This document shows positions 23,041 through 34,092 of a stretch of DNA of 64,000 nucleotides, one piece after another (within the stretch, counting starts at the first letter, position 1; each line of letters opens with the position of its first letter). The position numbers and the translations under genes were made by a program. The DNA comes from Gemmatimonadota bacterium (lineage in GTDB: Bacteria; Gemmatimonadota; Gemmatimonadetes; Palauibacterales; Palauibacteraceae), in contig OY762926.1 in assembly GCA_963666735.1 (NCBI GenBank), positions 1,344,001 through 1,408,000 of the forward strand, given 5' to 3'. A model generated the notes under the pieces. That model was not told where the DNA came from. It saw only the letters and a list, made by a program, of their open reading frames with translations, and searched no databases.

Positions 23041-23673
23041 CTACTTGCTGTAGAGTTCGACGATCAACTGTTCTTCGACGGCGAGCGGAATGTCGGATCG
23101 GGAGGGGCGCTCGATCATGCGTCCGCTCGCCGCGTCGTAGTCGACGCCCAGCCACGACAGTTGATCGCGCGACCGGCGATCCTCGATCGCCTCGATCACA
23201 ACCGGCAACTTCCGCGCTCTCGGCGCCACCGACACCTCCGCGCCGGGTCCCACGGAATAGCTCGGCACGTCGACCATCGCCCCTTCGACCCGCACGTGGC
23301 GGTGCCGAATGAGCTGCCGCGCCGCCTTGCGAGAAGGCGCGAAACCGAGACGGTAGACGATGTTGTCGAGTCGGCTCTCGAGCGCGACGAGCAGGTTTTC
23401 GCCCGTGACGCCCGGGACGCGGGAAGCCTTCTTGAAGAGAGAGCGGAACTGCTTTTCCGCGAGTCCGTAGATCCGCTTCACCTTCTGCTTTTCCCGCAAC
23501 TGCACGGCGTACTCCGACTGGCGCCGACGACGACGACCGCCGCCATGCTGCCCCGGGGGGAACGCGCGACGCTCGATCGCGCATTTCTCCGTGAAGCAGC
23601 GCTTCCCCTTGAGGAAAAGCTTCTCTCCCTCACGCCGGCACAGCCGACAAACGGGCCCCGTATAGCGAGCCAT
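23041..23673 (-). CDS. rpsD: 30S ribosomal protein S4
   Basis: MARYTGPVCRLCRREG, QLREKQK, LESRLDN, IVELYSK. Confidence 0.98.
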   Translation of the reverse strand: MARYTGPVCRLCRREGEKLFLKGKRCFTEKCAIERRAFPPGQHGGGRRRRRQSEYAVQLREKQKVKRIYGLAEKQFRSLFKKASRVPGVTGENLLVALESRLDNIVYRLGFAPSRKAARQLIRHRHVRVEGAMVDVPSYSVGPGAEVSVAPRARKLPVVIEAIEDRRSRDQLSWLGVDYDAASGRMIERPSRSDIPLAVEEQLIVELYSK

Positions 23674-24054
23674 CTATACCCTCCGCTTCTTCGGCGGACG
23701 GCATCCGTTGTGCGGAATCGGCGTCACGTCCTTGATTGAACGGATCGCGAGACCGGCCGCCTGCAGCGCCTGAATCGCCGACTCACGTCCCGACCCGGGG
23801 CCCTGCACTTCCACATGGACTCGCCGCATCCCCATGCCGGCCGCCTCGCGTCCCACCGTCTCGGCCGCGATGGTGGCGGCAAAGGGCGTGGACTTCTTGG
23901 AGCCCTTGAACCCCGCCTTTCCGGCACTGGCCCAGGCGACGGTGTCCCCGGTCAGGGTCGTGATCGTGATGATCGTATTGTTGAAGGTCGCCTTGATGTG
24001 GGCGACGCCCTCGGCGTCGACCTGGCGCTTCTTCTTTCTTACCCGTTTTGCCAT
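23674..24054 (-). CDS. rpsK: 30S ribosomal protein S11
   Basis: [29 protein letters not shown]. Confidence 0.98.
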   Translation of the reverse strand: MAKRVRKKKRQVDAEGVAHIKATFNNTIITITTLTGDTVAWASAGKAGFKGSKKSTPFAATIAAETVGREAAGMGMRRVHVEVQGPGSGRESAIQALQAAGLAIRSIKDVTPIPHNGCRPPKKRRV

Positions 24055-24095
24055 TCCCTGCGCATCCTCCGTTTGGGCCGGCGTGGTTGCCGCAC

Positions 24096-24476
24096 CTACT
24101 TCCTGGGCGCCTTCTTCTTACCGGCCACGGCGCGCCGCGGCCCCTTTCGGGTCCGGGCGTTGGTGTGTGTTCGCTGGCCGCGCACGGGCAGGTTCCGCCT
24201 GTGCCGCATCCCGCGGTAGCATCCGATGTCCATCAGACGCTTCACGTTCATCGAGGTTTCGGTACGCAGCGAACCCTCGACCTTGTAGTGGTTCTCGATG
24301 ACTCGCCGCAGCTTGTTGACGTCGTCATCGGACAACTGATAGACGCGAACATCCCCATCCACGCCCGTCTCGGCCAGGATGTTGCGCGCCGTCGAGTGGC
24401 CGATTCCGTAGATGTACGTGAGGCCCACCTCGATCCGCTTGTTCCGCGGAAGATCGACTCCGGCTATACGTGCCAT
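24096..24476 (-). CDS. rpsM: 30S ribosomal protein S13
   Basis: [27 protein letters not shown]. Confidence 0.98.
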   Translation of the reverse strand: MARIAGVDLPRNKRIEVGLTYIYGIGHSTARNILAETGVDGDVRVYQLSDDDVNKLRRVIENHYKVEGSLRTETSMNVKRLMDIGCYRGMRHRRNLPVRGQRTHTNARTRKGPRRAVAGKKKAPRK

Positions 24477-24486
24477 GTATTCCCGC

Positions 24487-24603
24487 CTATCCCTGCCGCT
24501 GCTTGTGCTTCGGATCTCGACTGCAGATCACCCGGACGACACCGCGCCTGCGGATGATCTTGCAATGCTCGCAAATTCGCCTGACACTCGAACGAACCTT
24601 CAT
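24487..24603 (-). CDS. rpmJ: 50S ribosomal protein L36 (not in ORF track)
   Basis: Manual translation [38 protein letters not shown]. Confidence 0.97.
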   Translation of the reverse strand: MKVRSSVRRICEHCKIIRRRGVVRVICSRDPKHKQRQG

Positions 24604-24641
24604 GCTTCCGTCCTCTGGTGGCGGTTCGATGGCAACCCTTC

Positions 24642-24670
24642 AAAATACCAGCCCGAACCGATCCGAACAA
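24642..24670 (-). promoter_or_regulatory. Putative internal sigma70 promoter for rpmJ-alpha operon
   Basis: TTGTTC-17 nt-TATTTT with extended -10 TG, in the only AT-richer spacer nearby. Confidence 0.55.
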
Positions 24671-24701
24671 ACTCCATCGCCGTAACCGGAACTTCCCCGG
24701 C

Positions 24702-24920
24702 TCACTTGTACCGGTACGTGATCCGCCCTCTCGTCAGATCGTAGGGCGACAACTCGACCGCGACCCGGTCTCCCGGCAGGATCCGTATGTAGTTCATGCG
24801 AATCTTGCCGGAGACGTGGCAGACGATCTGATGCCCGTTCTCCAGCTCCACGCGAAACATCGCGTTGGGAAGCGCCTCGGCGACCTCCCCCGTCATCTGG
24901 ATCGGTTCTTCCTTCGCCAA
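24702..24920 (-). CDS. infA: Translation initiation factor IF-1
   Basis: [31 protein letters not shown] start. Confidence 0.98.
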   Translation of the reverse strand: MAKEEPIQMTGEVAEALPNAMFRVELENGHQIVCHVSGKIRMNYIRILPGDRVAVELSPYDLTRGRITYRYK

Positions 24921-24921
24921 C

Positions 24922-25704
24922 TCAGGCCTCCCCTGCTGCTCGCGCCGGACTCGCGACTCGCGTCAACACACGCGGGCCTTCCGGCGTCACCGCCACGGTG
25001 TGCTCGAAATGCGCCGAGAGGCGTCCATCCCCCGTCACCACCGTCCATTCATCGTCGAGTGTGCGGATCTCCGGCCCGCCCGCGTTGACCATCGGCTCGA
25101 TGGCGATGACAAGCCCCGGTTGCATCCGGAACCCGCGGTTGCGCACCCCATAGTTCGGAACCTGCGGTTCCTCGTGAGGCGCCTCCCCCACGCCATGCCC
25201 GACAAGCTCCCTGATCACACTGAAGCCCTCGGCTTCGACGTGCGTCTGTATCGCCCAGCCCAGGTCGCCGAACTGGGCTCCGGGACGCGCCGCCTCGATG
25301 CCCACATCGAGCGCCGTTCGGGTCACGCCCAGGAGACGCTCCGTAGCCGGCGCCACTTCACCCACGGGAATCGTGACGGCCGCGTCCGCGAACAGACCCT
25401 CGAGCTTGACGCCGACATCGACGCTCACAATGTCGCCCGACTGCAATTCACGCCGGAACGACGGTATGCCATGTACAACCTCGTCGTTGATGCTCGTACA
25501 CAGCGTGGCCGGGAATCCGTACAGCCCCTTGAACGCGGGCGTCGCGCCCGGGTTGTCGCGAATCAGCGCTTCCGCCATGTCGTCCAGCTCCCCGGTGCTC
25601 CGACCGGGGATGGCCTGCTCCGCCGCCATCTCGAGGACCTCCGCCACGATGGCCCCCGCCGCAGCGATGGCGTCGATCTGGGCGGACGACTTGAGCCGGA
25701 TCAA
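24922..25704 (-). CDS. map: Methionine aminopeptidase type I
   Basis: [35 protein letters not shown] start overlapping adk stop. Confidence 0.96.
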   Translation of the reverse strand: MIRLKSSAQIDAIAAAGAIVAEVLEMAAEQAIPGRSTGELDDMAEALIRDNPGATPAFKGLYGFPATLCTSINDEVVHGIPSFRRELQSGDIVSVDVGVKLEGLFADAAVTIPVGEVAPATERLLGVTRTALDVGIEAARPGAQFGDLGWAIQTHVEAEGFSVIRELVGHGVGEAPHEEPQVPNYGVRNRGFRMQPGLVIAIEPMVNAGGPEIRTLDDEWTVVTGDGRLSAHFEHTVAVTPEGPRVLTRVASPARAAGEA

Positions 25705-26363
25705 CCGGCCATCTCCGCTACGCGCAACGTTTCGAAGAGACGCCCCCGCACGGCGTCCTGCGTTCCCGTGCCGTCCACCGCGGTCAGTCCTGTCGCGGAC
25801 CGGGCGTAGTAGGCGAGCAGAGGTTCGGTCTGGGCGCGATAGACCGCGAGCCGATTGCGAACGGTCTCGGCGCGATCGTCCGAGCGCTGCACGAGGGCGG
25901 CTCCGCAATCCGGGCAGGCGGCATCCTCTCCCACGGCGCGCACATGAGTCACGAGGCCGCACGATCCGCACACCCGCCGCCCGGAAATGCGATCGACGAG
26001 TTCTTCCTCCGGCGCCTCGAGGGAAAGCACCGCGTCCAGTTCGAGGCCCCGGCCGGCCAGCAGCTCGCCGAGCCCGTCGGCCTGAGGAACCGTGCGCGGA
26101 AATCCGTCAAGCACGAACCCGCCGCTCGCCTCCGAGCCGTCGAACGCCTCGGCGATGAGTCCCAGCACGACCTCGTCCGGCACGAGCTCGCCCGCTTCAT
26201 AGTAGACGCGAACCCTCTCGCCGAGCGGGGTTCCGGCCTGAAGCGCAGCGCGGATCATGTCGCCGGTGGAAAGGCGCGGAACGCCAAGGCGTTCGGCGAG
26301 AAACTCGCCCTGAGTGCCCTTCCCGACGCCGGGAGGACCCATGATGATCAGCCGCACGCCCAT
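25701..26363 (-). CDS. adk: Adenylate kinase
   Basis: GPPGVGKGTQ, LDGFPRT, Zn-LID CGSC...CPDC. Confidence 0.97.
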   Translation of the reverse strand: MGVRLIIMGPPGVGKGTQGEFLAERLGVPRLSTGDMIRAALQAGTPLGERVRVYYEAGELVPDEVVLGLIAEAFDGSEASGGFVLDGFPRTVPQADGLGELLAGRGLELDAVLSLEAPEEELVDRISGRRVCGSCGLVTHVRAVGEDAACPDCGAALVQRSDDRAETVRNRLAVYRAQTEPLLAYYARSATGLTAVDGTGTQDAVRGRLFETLRVAEMAG

Positions 26364-27721
26364 CACATGTAGCGCTGTCTGCCCCGATACTTGACGCGAC
26401 CCTTCTTCATGAATCCCTCGTACTGGCGCAGCAGAAGATGCTGTTGCAGTTGCTGCATCGTATCGAGCGCGACGCCCACCACGATGAGCAGCGAAGTGCC
26501 GCCGAAGAAGAAGGTCTGAAGATCGAAGATCGAGAAGATCAGGTAGGGCAGAACGGCGATCAGCGCCAGGTATACCGAGCCGGGCAGCGTGATCCGCGTG
26601 AGCACGTGATCGATATAGTCCGCCGTCTTCGCGCCGGGCTTGACGCCCGGGATGAACCCGCCCTGGCGCTTCAGATTCTCCGCCAGATCCGCCGGGTTGA
26701 AGATGATGGACGTGTAGAAGTAAGTAAAGTAGATGATGAGAACGACGTACAGCCCATAGTACCACGCCGTCCCCACCTGGAGCGCCTGGCTCATCTCGTA
26801 GATGAAGCGGCGGGCTCCGGAGCTGCCCGGTCCGGGGTTGCCCATGAACGCGGCCAGGGTTCCCGGAATGATGATGATCGACTGGGCGAAGATGATCGGC
26901 ATCACGCCCGCCGAGTTGATCCGCAGGGGGATGAACGACCGCTGCCCTTCCCGGATCCGGCCCCTGCCCACGACCTTTCGCGGGATCTGCACCGGAATCT
27001 TGCGCTGGGCCATCGTCAGAGCGACGACCGAGGCCATGACGGCGACGAGAGTCGCCGCCAGAGCGGCGAGCTTGATGATCGAGATGCCGCCGGCCTGGTA
27101 GAGTTCGAAGGTGTTGAGCACCGCTCCCGGGAAGCCCTGCAGAATCGAGAAGAAGATGAGCAGGGACATACCGTTGCCGACGCCGCGCTCGGTAATTTGC
27201 TCCCCGAGCCACATGACGAACACGCCCCCGGTCGTGAGCATCAGCACGGTGAGAAGGCGAAAACCGAGACCGGGATCGAGGACCGCACCCGGCTGAGCCT
27301 CGAGGAAAAGCGCGTAGGTGTAGGACTGCCCGATACACAGCACGACGGTCGTGTACCGCGTCCACTGCGTGAGCTTGCGGCGGCCTTCCTCCCCTTCCTT
27401 CTGCAGCTTTTCGATCGCCGGCATGACGGCGGCGAGGAGCTGGAAGAGAATACTCGCCGAGATGTAGGGCATGATGCCGAGGGCGAAGACGGTCGCGCGC
27501 TGCAGGCCGCCGCCCACGAAGAGGTCGTAGATGCCGAAGATCGTGCCCTGGAACTGTCCGGCGAGGGCCTGCAGGGCCACGACGTTCACACCCGGCGTCG
27601 TGATGTGGGAGCCGAGCCGATACAGGGCGAGACAGAGCAGGGTGAAGAGAATCTTCGCCTTGAGCTCCGGCACCTTGAAGATATTCGCCGCGGCAGCCGC
27701 CGCGTTCTGGCCGTTCGCCAT
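26363..27721 (-). CDS. secY: Preprotein translocase subunit SecY
   Basis: FALGIMPYISASI, WLGEQITERGVGNG, GVMPIIFA, FGGTSLLIVVGV. Confidence 0.98.
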   Translation of the reverse strand: MANGQNAAAAAANIFKVPELKAKILFTLLCLALYRLGSHITTPGVNVVALQALAGQFQGTIFGIYDLFVGGGLQRATVFALGIMPYISASILFQLLAAVMPAIEKLQKEGEEGRRKLTQWTRYTTVVLCIGQSYTYALFLEAQPGAVLDPGLGFRLLTVLMLTTGGVFVMWLGEQITERGVGNGMSLLIFFSILQGFPGAVLNTFELYQAGGISIIKLAALAATLVAVMASVVALTMAQRKIPVQIPRKVVGRGRIREGQRSFIPLRINSAGVMPIIFAQSIIIIPGTLAAFMGNPGPGSSGARRFIYEMSQALQVGTAWYYGLYVVLIIYFTYFYTSIIFNPADLAENLKRQGGFIPGVKPGAKTADYIDHVLTRITLPGSVYLALIAVLPYLIFSIFDLQTFFFGGTSLLIVVGVALDTMQQLQQHLLLRQYEGFMKKGRVKYRGRQRYM

Positions 27722-27724
27722 GCC

Positions 27725-28183
27725 TTACTCGATCACCCTTGCCGTGCCGCCGGCCGCCTCGATCTTCTCACGGGCGGAGGCACTGAAGGCATGCGCGCGC
27801 ACGTCGACCGCCCGCCCGACCTCCCCGCGTCCGAGGATCTTCACGGGACGGTCCGTTGCGCGGATGACGCCGCTCGCGCGCAGCGCCCGAGGATCGATCC
27901 CGCTTCCCTCCACGCGGTCCAGTTCCGAAAGATTGACGATGTGCCACTCGGTACGCCGGTGCGGCTTGAACCCCCGCTTGGGCGTGCGCCGGTAGAGCGG
28001 CATCTGGCCGCCCTCGAACCACGCCGGAATCGACGCACCACTCCGCGACTTCTGGCCCTTGTGGCCGCGTCCCGACGTCTTTCCGGAGCCGGATCCGTGA
28101 CCGCGGCCGCGCCGTTTTGCGGAGGACTTCGAACCGCGCGGCGGGGAGAGATTGTCGAGCCCGATCCGCTCGCGTTCAGCCAT
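27725..28183 (-). CDS. rplO: 50S ribosomal protein L15
   Basis: GRGHGSGSGKTSGRGHKGQ, FEGGQMPL. Confidence 0.97.
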   Translation of the reverse strand: MAERERIGLDNLSPPRGSKSSAKRRGRGHGSGSGKTSGRGHKGQKSRSGASIPAWFEGGQMPLYRRTPKRGFKPHRRTEWHIVNLSELDRVEGSGIDPRALRASGVIRATDRPVKILGRGEVGRAVDVRAHAFSASAREKIEAAGGTARVIE

Positions 28184-28370
28184 CTTGCCCGACCTCCTCG
28201 ACTTCGACGAGATGCGCCACCGCATGGATCATCCCGCGGATCGCGCGATTATCCGGCTGCACCACCTGGTCCTGATGGTGCTTGAGGCCGAGGGCACGCA
28301 GGGTGTCCCGCTGCTTGCGCTGCGCGCCGAGGCCGCTCTTCACCTGACGGATCTTCAACCGCTCACCCAC
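28176..28370 (-). CDS. rpmD: 50S ribosomal protein L30
   Basis: LKIRQVKS...TLRALGL...[15 protein letters not shown] start. Confidence 0.95.
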   Translation of the reverse strand: MGERLKIRQVKSGLGAQRKQRDTLRALGLKHHQDQVVQPDNRAIRGMIHAVAHLVEVEEVGQDG

Positions 28371-28887
28371 GCATGGCCTCCCGGATCGTGGCAACATCCA
28401 CTCCGCGTTCGGCCGCAACCTGCTCCGGCGTGACCAGATCCTGCAGTCCGCTCATCGTCGCACGAACGATGTTGAGAGGATTGTTCGTGCCGAGGCTCTT
28501 CGTGAGGATGTCCTGCACGCCGGCGCACTCGAGTACGGCCCGGACCGGGCCGCCGGCGATGACGCCGGTTCCCGGACCGGCGGGCTTGAGCAGCACCCTG
28601 CCCGCGCCATGGCGCCCGAGGATCTCGTGGGGGATGGTCCCGTTCACGATCGGCACGACGACCATGGCCTGACGCGCCTGCTCGAATCCCTTGCGGATCG
28701 CCTCGGCGACTTCGTTCGCCTTGCCGAGGGCCATACCCACACGGCCCTGCCCGTCACCGACCGCAACGAGCGCGGTGAACGAAAAGCGACGGCCGCCTTT
28801 TACGACCTTCGAGACGCGATTGATGAAGATGACATTCTCCTTGAAGTTGTCACCGTCGTCGCGCCGTTTTCTTCCCCCTCTTGCCAT
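28363..28887 (-). CDS. rpsE: 30S ribosomal protein S5
   Basis: [24 protein letters not shown]. Confidence 0.98.
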   Translation of the reverse strand: MARGGRKRRDDGDNFKENVIFINRVSKVVKGGRRFSFTALVAVGDGQGRVGMALGKANEVAEAIRKGFEQARQAMVVVPIVNGTIPHEILGRHGAGRVLLKPAGPGTGVIAGGPVRAVLECAGVQDILTKSLGTNNPLNIVRATMSGLQDLVTPEQVAAERGVDVATIREAMRG

Positions 28888-28899
28888 GAAGCCCTCTCG

Positions 28900-29277
28900 T
28901 TAGAAGCGGAGACCGCCGTCGCGGGCGCCTTCGGCAAATGCCTGAACGCGGCCGTGGTAGGGATACCCGCCGCGGTCGAACACGATCTGTTCCACATCGG
29001 CCGCGACGGCCTTTTCCGCAAGTGTCCTGCCCGCAAGATACGCGTCGGCGACCTTGCCCGAGCGCGCTCCCGCGTCGCCGTCCGTGCCGGCCAGCGTCGA
29101 GACGCCGAGCAGCGTGACGCCACGATCGTCGTCCACCAGTTGGCCCTCGAGATGCCGCAGGCTTCGGAACACGACGAGGCGCGGCCGTCCGGCCGTTCCC
29201 CGGATCTTCTTCTTGATCCGGGCGTGTCGACGCGTGCGCAGTCGATGCCTCTGTTTTGTCCGACCCCTGATGTCCAT
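28900..29277 (-). CDS. rplR: 50S ribosomal protein L18
   Basis: RPRLVVFRS, VFDRGGYPYHGRV. Confidence 0.98.
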   Translation of the reverse strand: MDIRGRTKQRHRLRTRRHARIKKKIRGTAGRPRLVVFRSLRHLEGQLVDDDRGVTLLGVSTLAGTDGDAGARSGKVADAYLAGRTLAEKAVAADVEQIVFDRGGYPYHGRVQAFAEGARDGGLRF

Positions 29278-29303
29278 CGTCTTCCCTCTGGTTTGATCGC
29301 AGA

Positions 29304-29846
29304 TCAGGCTGTGGCCGTGGCCTTGCCGGCCTTGCGGCGCACATGCTCGCCCACGTAGCGAATGCCCTTCCCCTTGTACGGTTCGGGCGGACGGATCGCG
29401 CGGATCTCCGCCGCCATCTGCCCGACCTTCTCCTTGTCGTTCCCCGCCACCTTGATCAGCGTCGGCGTCTCGACGCTCAACGCGATGCCCTCGGGCGGTT
29501 CAACGGTGACCGTATGGCTGTATCCGACGCTGAACACGACGCAGGCGGCCTTCTGTTCCGCCCGATAGCCGACGCCGTGGATCTCCAGGCGCTTCTCGTA
29601 CCCCTGCGACACGCCCGTGACCATGTTGGCGATCAGGGATCGCGTGAGCCCATGCAGAGCCCGGTGCCGCGCTTCATCCGAGGCGCGCCTTACAGACACC
29701 ACACCGTCGGACTGCGTGATCTCCATATCGGAGTCGAACGATCGCTCGAGCGCACCCCGAGGGCCCCTCACTCTCACGTGCGCGCCATCGATCCTCACCT
29801 CGACGCCGGCCGGCACGGGGATGGGCAGCTTTCCAATTCTCGACAC
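29304..29846 (-). CDS. rplF: 50S ribosomal protein L6
   Basis: SRIGKLPI, RPPEPYKGKGIRY; GTG start. Confidence 0.98.
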   Translation of the reverse strand: MSRIGKLPIPVPAGVEVRIDGAHVRVRGPRGALERSFDSDMEITQSDGVVSVRRASDEARHRALHGLTRSLIANMVTGVSQGYEKRLEIHGVGYRAEQKAACVVFSVGYSHTVTVEPPEGIALSVETPTLIKVAGNDKEKVGQMAAEIRAIRPPEPYKGKGIRYVGEHVRRKAGKATATA

Positions 29847-29900
29847 GCTCTCTGCTCCCTCGCGGGGGCGACCGCCGGTCACCGACTCCCGGCAGCTCCG

Positions 29901-30299
29901 CTAGTAGATTCTCGCGACGATTTCCCCGCCGACGTGCTGCCGGCGGGCATCGCGATCCGTCATCAATCCGTTCGATGTCGACATGATCGCGATCCCCATC
30001 CCGGCACGAACCTTGGGGATCGAGTTCGCGTCGACATATTTCCTGAGGCCGGGTTTCGACACGCGTTCGAGCAGCCGAATCACGGGCCGGTCGTCCGACG
30101 TGTACTTGAGATACACGCGCAGGCGGCCGTGCCGGTTGTCGTCCAGCACCTTGTAGCCGCGAACGAAGTGGTTCTCCGCCAGGATCCTGGCGACCTCGAT
30201 CTTGATCTTCGAGAGCGGGATGTCGACGCGTCTGTGTCCGGCCCGGCCGGCGTTGCGGATGCGCGTCAGCATATCCGCGATCGGATCGGTCATGCTCAT
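29901..30299 (-). CDS. rpsH: 30S ribosomal protein S8
   Basis: DPIADMLTRIRN, SKPGLRKY, GGEI. Confidence 0.98.
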   Translation of the reverse strand: MSMTDPIADMLTRIRNAGRAGHRRVDIPLSKIKIEVARILAENHFVRGYKVLDDNRHGRLRVYLKYTSDDRPVIRLLERVSKPGLRKYVDANSIPKVRAGMGIAIMSTSNGLMTDRDARRQHVGGEIVARIY

Positions 30300-30300
30300 C

Positions 30301-30486
30301 TCACCAACTCGCTTTCCGAACGCCCGGGATCTCTCCGCGGAGCGCCTGCTCGCGGAAGCAGATCCGGCACAGACCGAACTTCCTCATGTAGGCGCGGGGC
30401 CGGCCGCAGCGATTGCAGCGTCGTACCGTGCGCGAACTGAACTTCGGCTTCCGGTTCGCCTTCTCGACTAGTGCCGTCTTTGCCAT
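30301..30486 (-). CDS. rpsN: 30S ribosomal protein S14 (type Z, zinc-binding)
   Basis: 61 aa; RCNRCGRPR...LCRICFRE...KASW. Confidence 0.97.
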   Translation of the reverse strand: MAKTALVEKANRKPKFSSRTVRRCNRCGRPRAYMRKFGLCRICFREQALRGEIPGVRKASW

Positions 30487-30500
30487 TCAGCCCTTTCCCG

Positions 30501-31076
30501 CTAGATGACGACCGGGACTTCATCGCGAAACGGCATCCCCATCTCGCGAAGCAGGACGAGCGCCTCATCGTCCCGGTTGGTCGTCGTGACGAACGTAATG
30601 TTGAGACCGTGGATCTTGACGATCTCGTCGTAATCGACCTCTGCGAAGACCATCTGCTCCCGTATCCCGACCGTGTAGTTGCCGCGTCCATCGAACGCCC
30701 GGCTCCGGAACCCCCTGAAGTCCCTGATGCGAGGCACGGCGGTACTGATGAACCGGTCGAGGAACTCGTACATGCGGGCATTGCGAAGCGTCACCATCGT
30801 CCCGATCGGCATGCCTTCACGCAGGCCGAAGTTCGAGATCGAGTTCCGCGCCCGCGTAACGACGGGTCGCTGGCCGCTGATCACGGCGATCTCGTTCGAG
30901 GCGGACTCGATCAGCCTGGGATTGTCCTTCCCTTCGCCGAGTCCCGCGTTGATCACGATCTTCTCGAGCCTGGGGATCTGGTGCGGGTTCTCGAAGCCGA
31001 AGGTATCGGCAAGCTTCGCCCGGACCGTGTCCTCGTAGTGTTTCCGCAGCCGCGGCTTTCCGTTTTCCGAACTCAT
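30501..31076 (-). CDS. rplE: 50S ribosomal protein L5
   Basis: PRLEKIVIN, PRIRDFRG, FDGRGNY. Confidence 0.98.
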   Translation of the reverse strand: MSSENGKPRLRKHYEDTVRAKLADTFGFENPHQIPRLEKIVINAGLGEGKDNPRLIESASNEIAVISGQRPVVTRARNSISNFGLREGMPIGTMVTLRNARMYEFLDRFISTAVPRIRDFRGFRSRAFDGRGNYTVGIREQMVFAEVDYDEIVKIHGLNITFVTTTNRDDEALVLLREMGMPFRDEVPVVI

Positions 31077-31083
31077 TTGCCTG

Positions 31084-31431
31084 CTAGCCCGCCGTCGGGA
31101 GGGGGTTGTCACAACGCCTGCAGATCCGCTCGATCGTGCCGTCCGCATCGCGCTGGCGGCGCACCCGCGCCGGTTCGTCGCACTGGGGACACACGAGCAT
31201 CACGTTCGAAGCGCTGATCGGCTCTTCGTAGGTGACGATGCCGCCTTCGGTGATCCCGCCCTTCGCGTTGGCCACGGGACGCTTGTGATGTTTGCGCATG
31301 TTCACGTCCTGCACCACGACGAGTCCCCGCGAAGGGATCGTGCGCAGCACCTGGCCCTGGGCGCCGGCATAGTTGCCCGCGATCACCCGAACCGTGTCCC
31401 CGGCTCTCATGTTCAGTTTCGTCCGTGTCAT
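31084..31431 (-). CDS. rplX: 50S ribosomal protein L24
   Basis: KOW GDTVRVIAG, EPISASNV. Confidence 0.96.
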   Translation of the reverse strand: MTRTKLNMRAGDTVRVIAGNYAGAQGQVLRTIPSRGLVVVQDVNMRKHHKRPVANAKGGITEGGIVTYEEPISASNVMLVCPQCDEPARVRRQRDADGTIERICRRCDNPLPTAG

Positions 31432-31472
31432 CTTCGTTTCAGTTCCTCGTGCGACACCTGGCGGCCCCGCGG

Positions 31473-31841
31473 CTAGATCACTTCGGGGGCGAGCGACACG
31501 ATCTTCATGAACTTCTTCTCGCGAAGCTCACGTGCCACCGGCCCGAAGATACGTGTCGCGGTCGGCTCTCCCGCATCGTTGATGATCACCGCCGCGTTCT
31601 CATCGAAGCGGATGTAGCTACCGTCGCGCCGCCGGCTCTCCTTGGCCGTCCGCACGACGACCGCGCGGACTACCTCGCCCTTCTTCACGTTCCCGTGCGG
31701 AGTCGCGTCCTTGATCGTCGCGACGATCACGTCGCCCACGCGGGCGTACCGGCGACGCGACCCGCCGAGGACTCGAATGCAGAGAGCCCGGCGAGCACCG
31801 GAATTGTCCGCGATGCGGACCATCGATTCCTGCTGAATCAT
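31473..31841 (-). CDS. rplN: 50S ribosomal protein L14
   Basis: [23 protein letters not shown]. Confidence 0.98.
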   Translation of the reverse strand: MIQQESMVRIADNSGARRALCIRVLGGSRRRYARVGDVIVATIKDATPHGNVKKGEVVRAVVVRTAKESRRRDGSYIRFDENAAVIINDAGEPTATRIFGPVARELREKKFMKIVSLAPEVI

Positions 31842-31856
31842 CTCGTCGTGCCCCCG

Positions 31857-32126
31857 TTACTCCGGACGCTGGACCAGCTCGAGCACGCGCCAGCGCTTGA
31901 GTCTGGAGAGCGGACGGGTCTCCTCGATCCGGACCACGTCACCCACCCGGTATTCGTTCTCTTCGTCGTGTGCCTGGTACCGTTTGCCTCGGCTCACCTG
32001 CTTGCCGTACAGCGGGTGCGCGAGCCGCCGCTCGACGGACACCACGACGGTCTTTTCCATGCGGTCGCTCACGACCGTTCCGAGCCGAACCTTGCGCCGG
32101 CCCTTCGTCGCCGATTGGTCAGCCAA
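31857..32126 (-). CDS. rpsQ: 30S ribosomal protein S17
   Basis: [22 protein letters not shown]. Confidence 0.97.
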   Translation of the reverse strand: MADQSATKGRRKVRLGTVVSDRMEKTVVVSVERRLAHPLYGKQVSRGKRYQAHDEENEYRVGDVVRIEETRPLSRLKRWRVLELVQRPE

Positions 32127-32334
32127 CCTGATTCTCCTCGCTACGCGCTCGCTCGGCCTGCACGGTCTTCAGTCGCGCAATCTCGCGACGCAAAGTCCTC
32201 AGGAGCGACGGGTTCTCAAGTTCCTCGAACGCGGCCCTGTAGCGCAGACGAGCGATTTCGTCCTTCGCGCGGGTGAGTTCCTCGACGAGTTCCTCGTCGG
32301 TGAGTTCGCGAATCTCCATCGCTTCCAGCGGCAC
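32119..32334 (-). CDS. rpmC: 50S ribosomal protein L29
   Basis: [10 protein letters not shown]...[10 protein letters not shown]; position in S10 operon. Confidence 0.95.
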   Translation of the reverse strand: MPLEAMEIRELTDEELVEELTRAKDEIARLRYRAAFEELENPSLLRTLRREIARLKTVQAERARSEENQVG

Positions 32335-32745
32335 TTAGTCCTCCCGCTCCAGAAAGCGTGTCTTGACCGGAAGCTTCGCCGATGCCAACTGCATGGCTCG
32401 CCGCGCGAGTTCGATGTCGACCCCCTCGAGTTCGAACATCACCCGACCCGGCTTCACCGGCGCGACCCAGTACTCGGGGTTCCCCTTACCCTTCCCCATC
32501 CGGGTCTCCGCGGGCTTCTGCGTGAGCGGCTTGTCCGGAAAGATGCGGATCCAGACTTTTCCACCACGCTTGATGTGCCGCGTCATCGCGACTCGAGCGG
32601 CTTCGATCTGACGGTTCGTGATCCAGCCCGGTTCCACGGCCTGAAGCGCGTAGTCGCCGAACGAGACCTTGTTCCCGCGATGCGCGGCGCCGCGCAAGCG
32701 CCCCTTCTGCTGTTTCCGGTACTTGATCCTCTTCGGCTGCAGCAT
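32335..32745 (-). CDS. rplP: 50S ribosomal protein L16
   Basis: [18 protein letters not shown]. Confidence 0.98.
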   Translation of the reverse strand: MLQPKRIKYRKQQKGRLRGAAHRGNKVSFGDYALQAVEPGWITNRQIEAARVAMTRHIKRGGKVWIRIFPDKPLTQKPAETRMGKGKGNPEYWVAPVKPGRVMFELEGVDIELARRAMQLASAKLPVKTRFLERED

Positions 32746-32751
32746 GTGTCT

Positions 32752-33444
32752 CTATCCTCGCCCGCGGCCCGTACGGCGGCGGCGCCCGCCTGCCGTGTAC
32801 GTCTGACCACGGCGGTCTTCCACGATCTCGCCATGAAAGATCCACACTTTCACGCCGATCGTTCCGAAGGTCGTCCGGGCCTGTCGCTCCGCGTAGTCGA
32901 TGTCCGCTCGCAGCGTGTGCAGCGGCACGCGCCCTTCGTGATAGCCCTCCGAGCGCGCAATCTCGGCCCCGCCAAGCCGCCCGCCGCACTGAATGCGGAT
33001 GCCGCCGGCGCCGGCTCGCATCGCGGCCTGCACGGCCCGCTTCATCGCGCGCCGGAAGCTGATCCGCTGCGTCAACTGATGGGCCACGTTGTCCGCCACG
33101 AGCTGAGCCTGCGTCTCCGGCCGGCGGATCTCCTCGACGTTGACGGAAACTTCCGCATCCGTCAGCAGAGCGAGTTCGTCACGCAGCTTGTCGACCTCGG
33201 CCCCCCGCTTGCCGATGACGACGCCGGGGCGGCCGGTGTGGATCGTAACGACGATCTTGGACGGCTTGCGCTCGATCTCCACCTGGGCGATCGCCGCGTG
33301 CCCGAGCCGCGCTTGCAGGTACTTCCGCAACTTCTCGTCTTCGGCGAGGAGCTTCGGGAACTCCTTGCCCTGTGCGTACCAGCGCGACCGCCACGGCTTG
33401 ACCGCGCCGAGTCTGAATCCGTACGGGTGTGTCTTCTGGCCCAT
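32752..33444 (-). CDS. rpsC: 30S ribosomal protein S3
   Basis: [27 protein letters not shown]. Confidence 0.98.
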   Translation of the reverse strand: MGQKTHPYGFRLGAVKPWRSRWYAQGKEFPKLLAEDEKLRKYLQARLGHAAIAQVEIERKPSKIVVTIHTGRPGVVIGKRGAEVDKLRDELALLTDAEVSVNVEEIRRPETQAQLVADNVAHQLTQRISFRRAMKRAVQAAMRAGAGGIRIQCGGRLGGAEIARSEGYHEGRVPLHTLRADIDYAERQARTTFGTIGVKVWIFHGEIVEDRRGQTYTAGGRRRRTGRGRG

Positions 33445-33794
33445 TAGTCTCTCGTGTCCACGACGACCGTCACATGGCTGCTCCGCTTGAGCCGGGGGGT
33501 CGCCCTTCCGTAGGCGCGCGCGCGCCAGCGCCGAAGCGTCCTGCCTTCATCCACGTACGCCTCGCGCACATAGAGTTCGTCCACGTCCAGCGTTTCGCCG
33601 CCCTCGTCCGCTCTGTATACGGCGTTGGCGACGGCCGAACGGAGCACTTTTCCGATCGAGCGCGCCGCCTTCTTCTTCGAGAATTGCAGGATGGCGTAGG
33701 CGTCGTTGACGTCGCGCCCGCGAATCTGGTCGATGACCAGACGCATCTTCCGCGCGGACATCCCGAGGTTCTTCGCCCTGGCTGTCGCCTGCAT
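33444..33794 (-). CDS. rplV: 50S ribosomal protein L22
   Basis: [29 protein letters not shown]. Confidence 0.97.
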   Translation of the reverse strand: MQATARAKNLGMSARKMRLVIDQIRGRDVNDAYAILQFSKKKAARSIGKVLRSAVANAVYRADEGGETLDVDELYVREAYVDEGRTLRRWRARAYGRATPRLKRSSHVTVVVDTRD

Positions 33795-34078
33795 CAGACT
33801 CTGCCCCTCCGGTCTCGCGCGGAACCGGCGTGCCCGCGGAAGGTTCGCGTCGTTGCGAACTCTCCGAGTTTGTGCCCCACCATGTTCTCCGTCACGTAGA
33901 CCGGGATGAACTTGTTGCCGTTGTGCACCGCGAGCGTGTGTCCGACGAAATCCGGGCTGATGGTCGAAGCCCGGGCCCACGTCTTGATGACCGACTTGTC
34001 TCCGGAATCGTTCATCCGCTGCACCTTCATCAGCAGCTTCTCATCGATGTACGGTCCCTTTTTCACGCTTCTCGGCAT
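33794..34078 (-). CDS. rpsS: 30S ribosomal protein S19
   Basis: [18 protein letters not shown]. Confidence 0.98.
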   Translation of the reverse strand: MPRSVKKGPYIDEKLLMKVQRMNDSGDKSVIKTWARASTISPDFVGHTLAVHNGNKFIPVYVTENMVGHKLGEFATTRTFRGHAGSARDRRGRV

Positions 34079-34092
34079 CGGATCTCCCGCTC

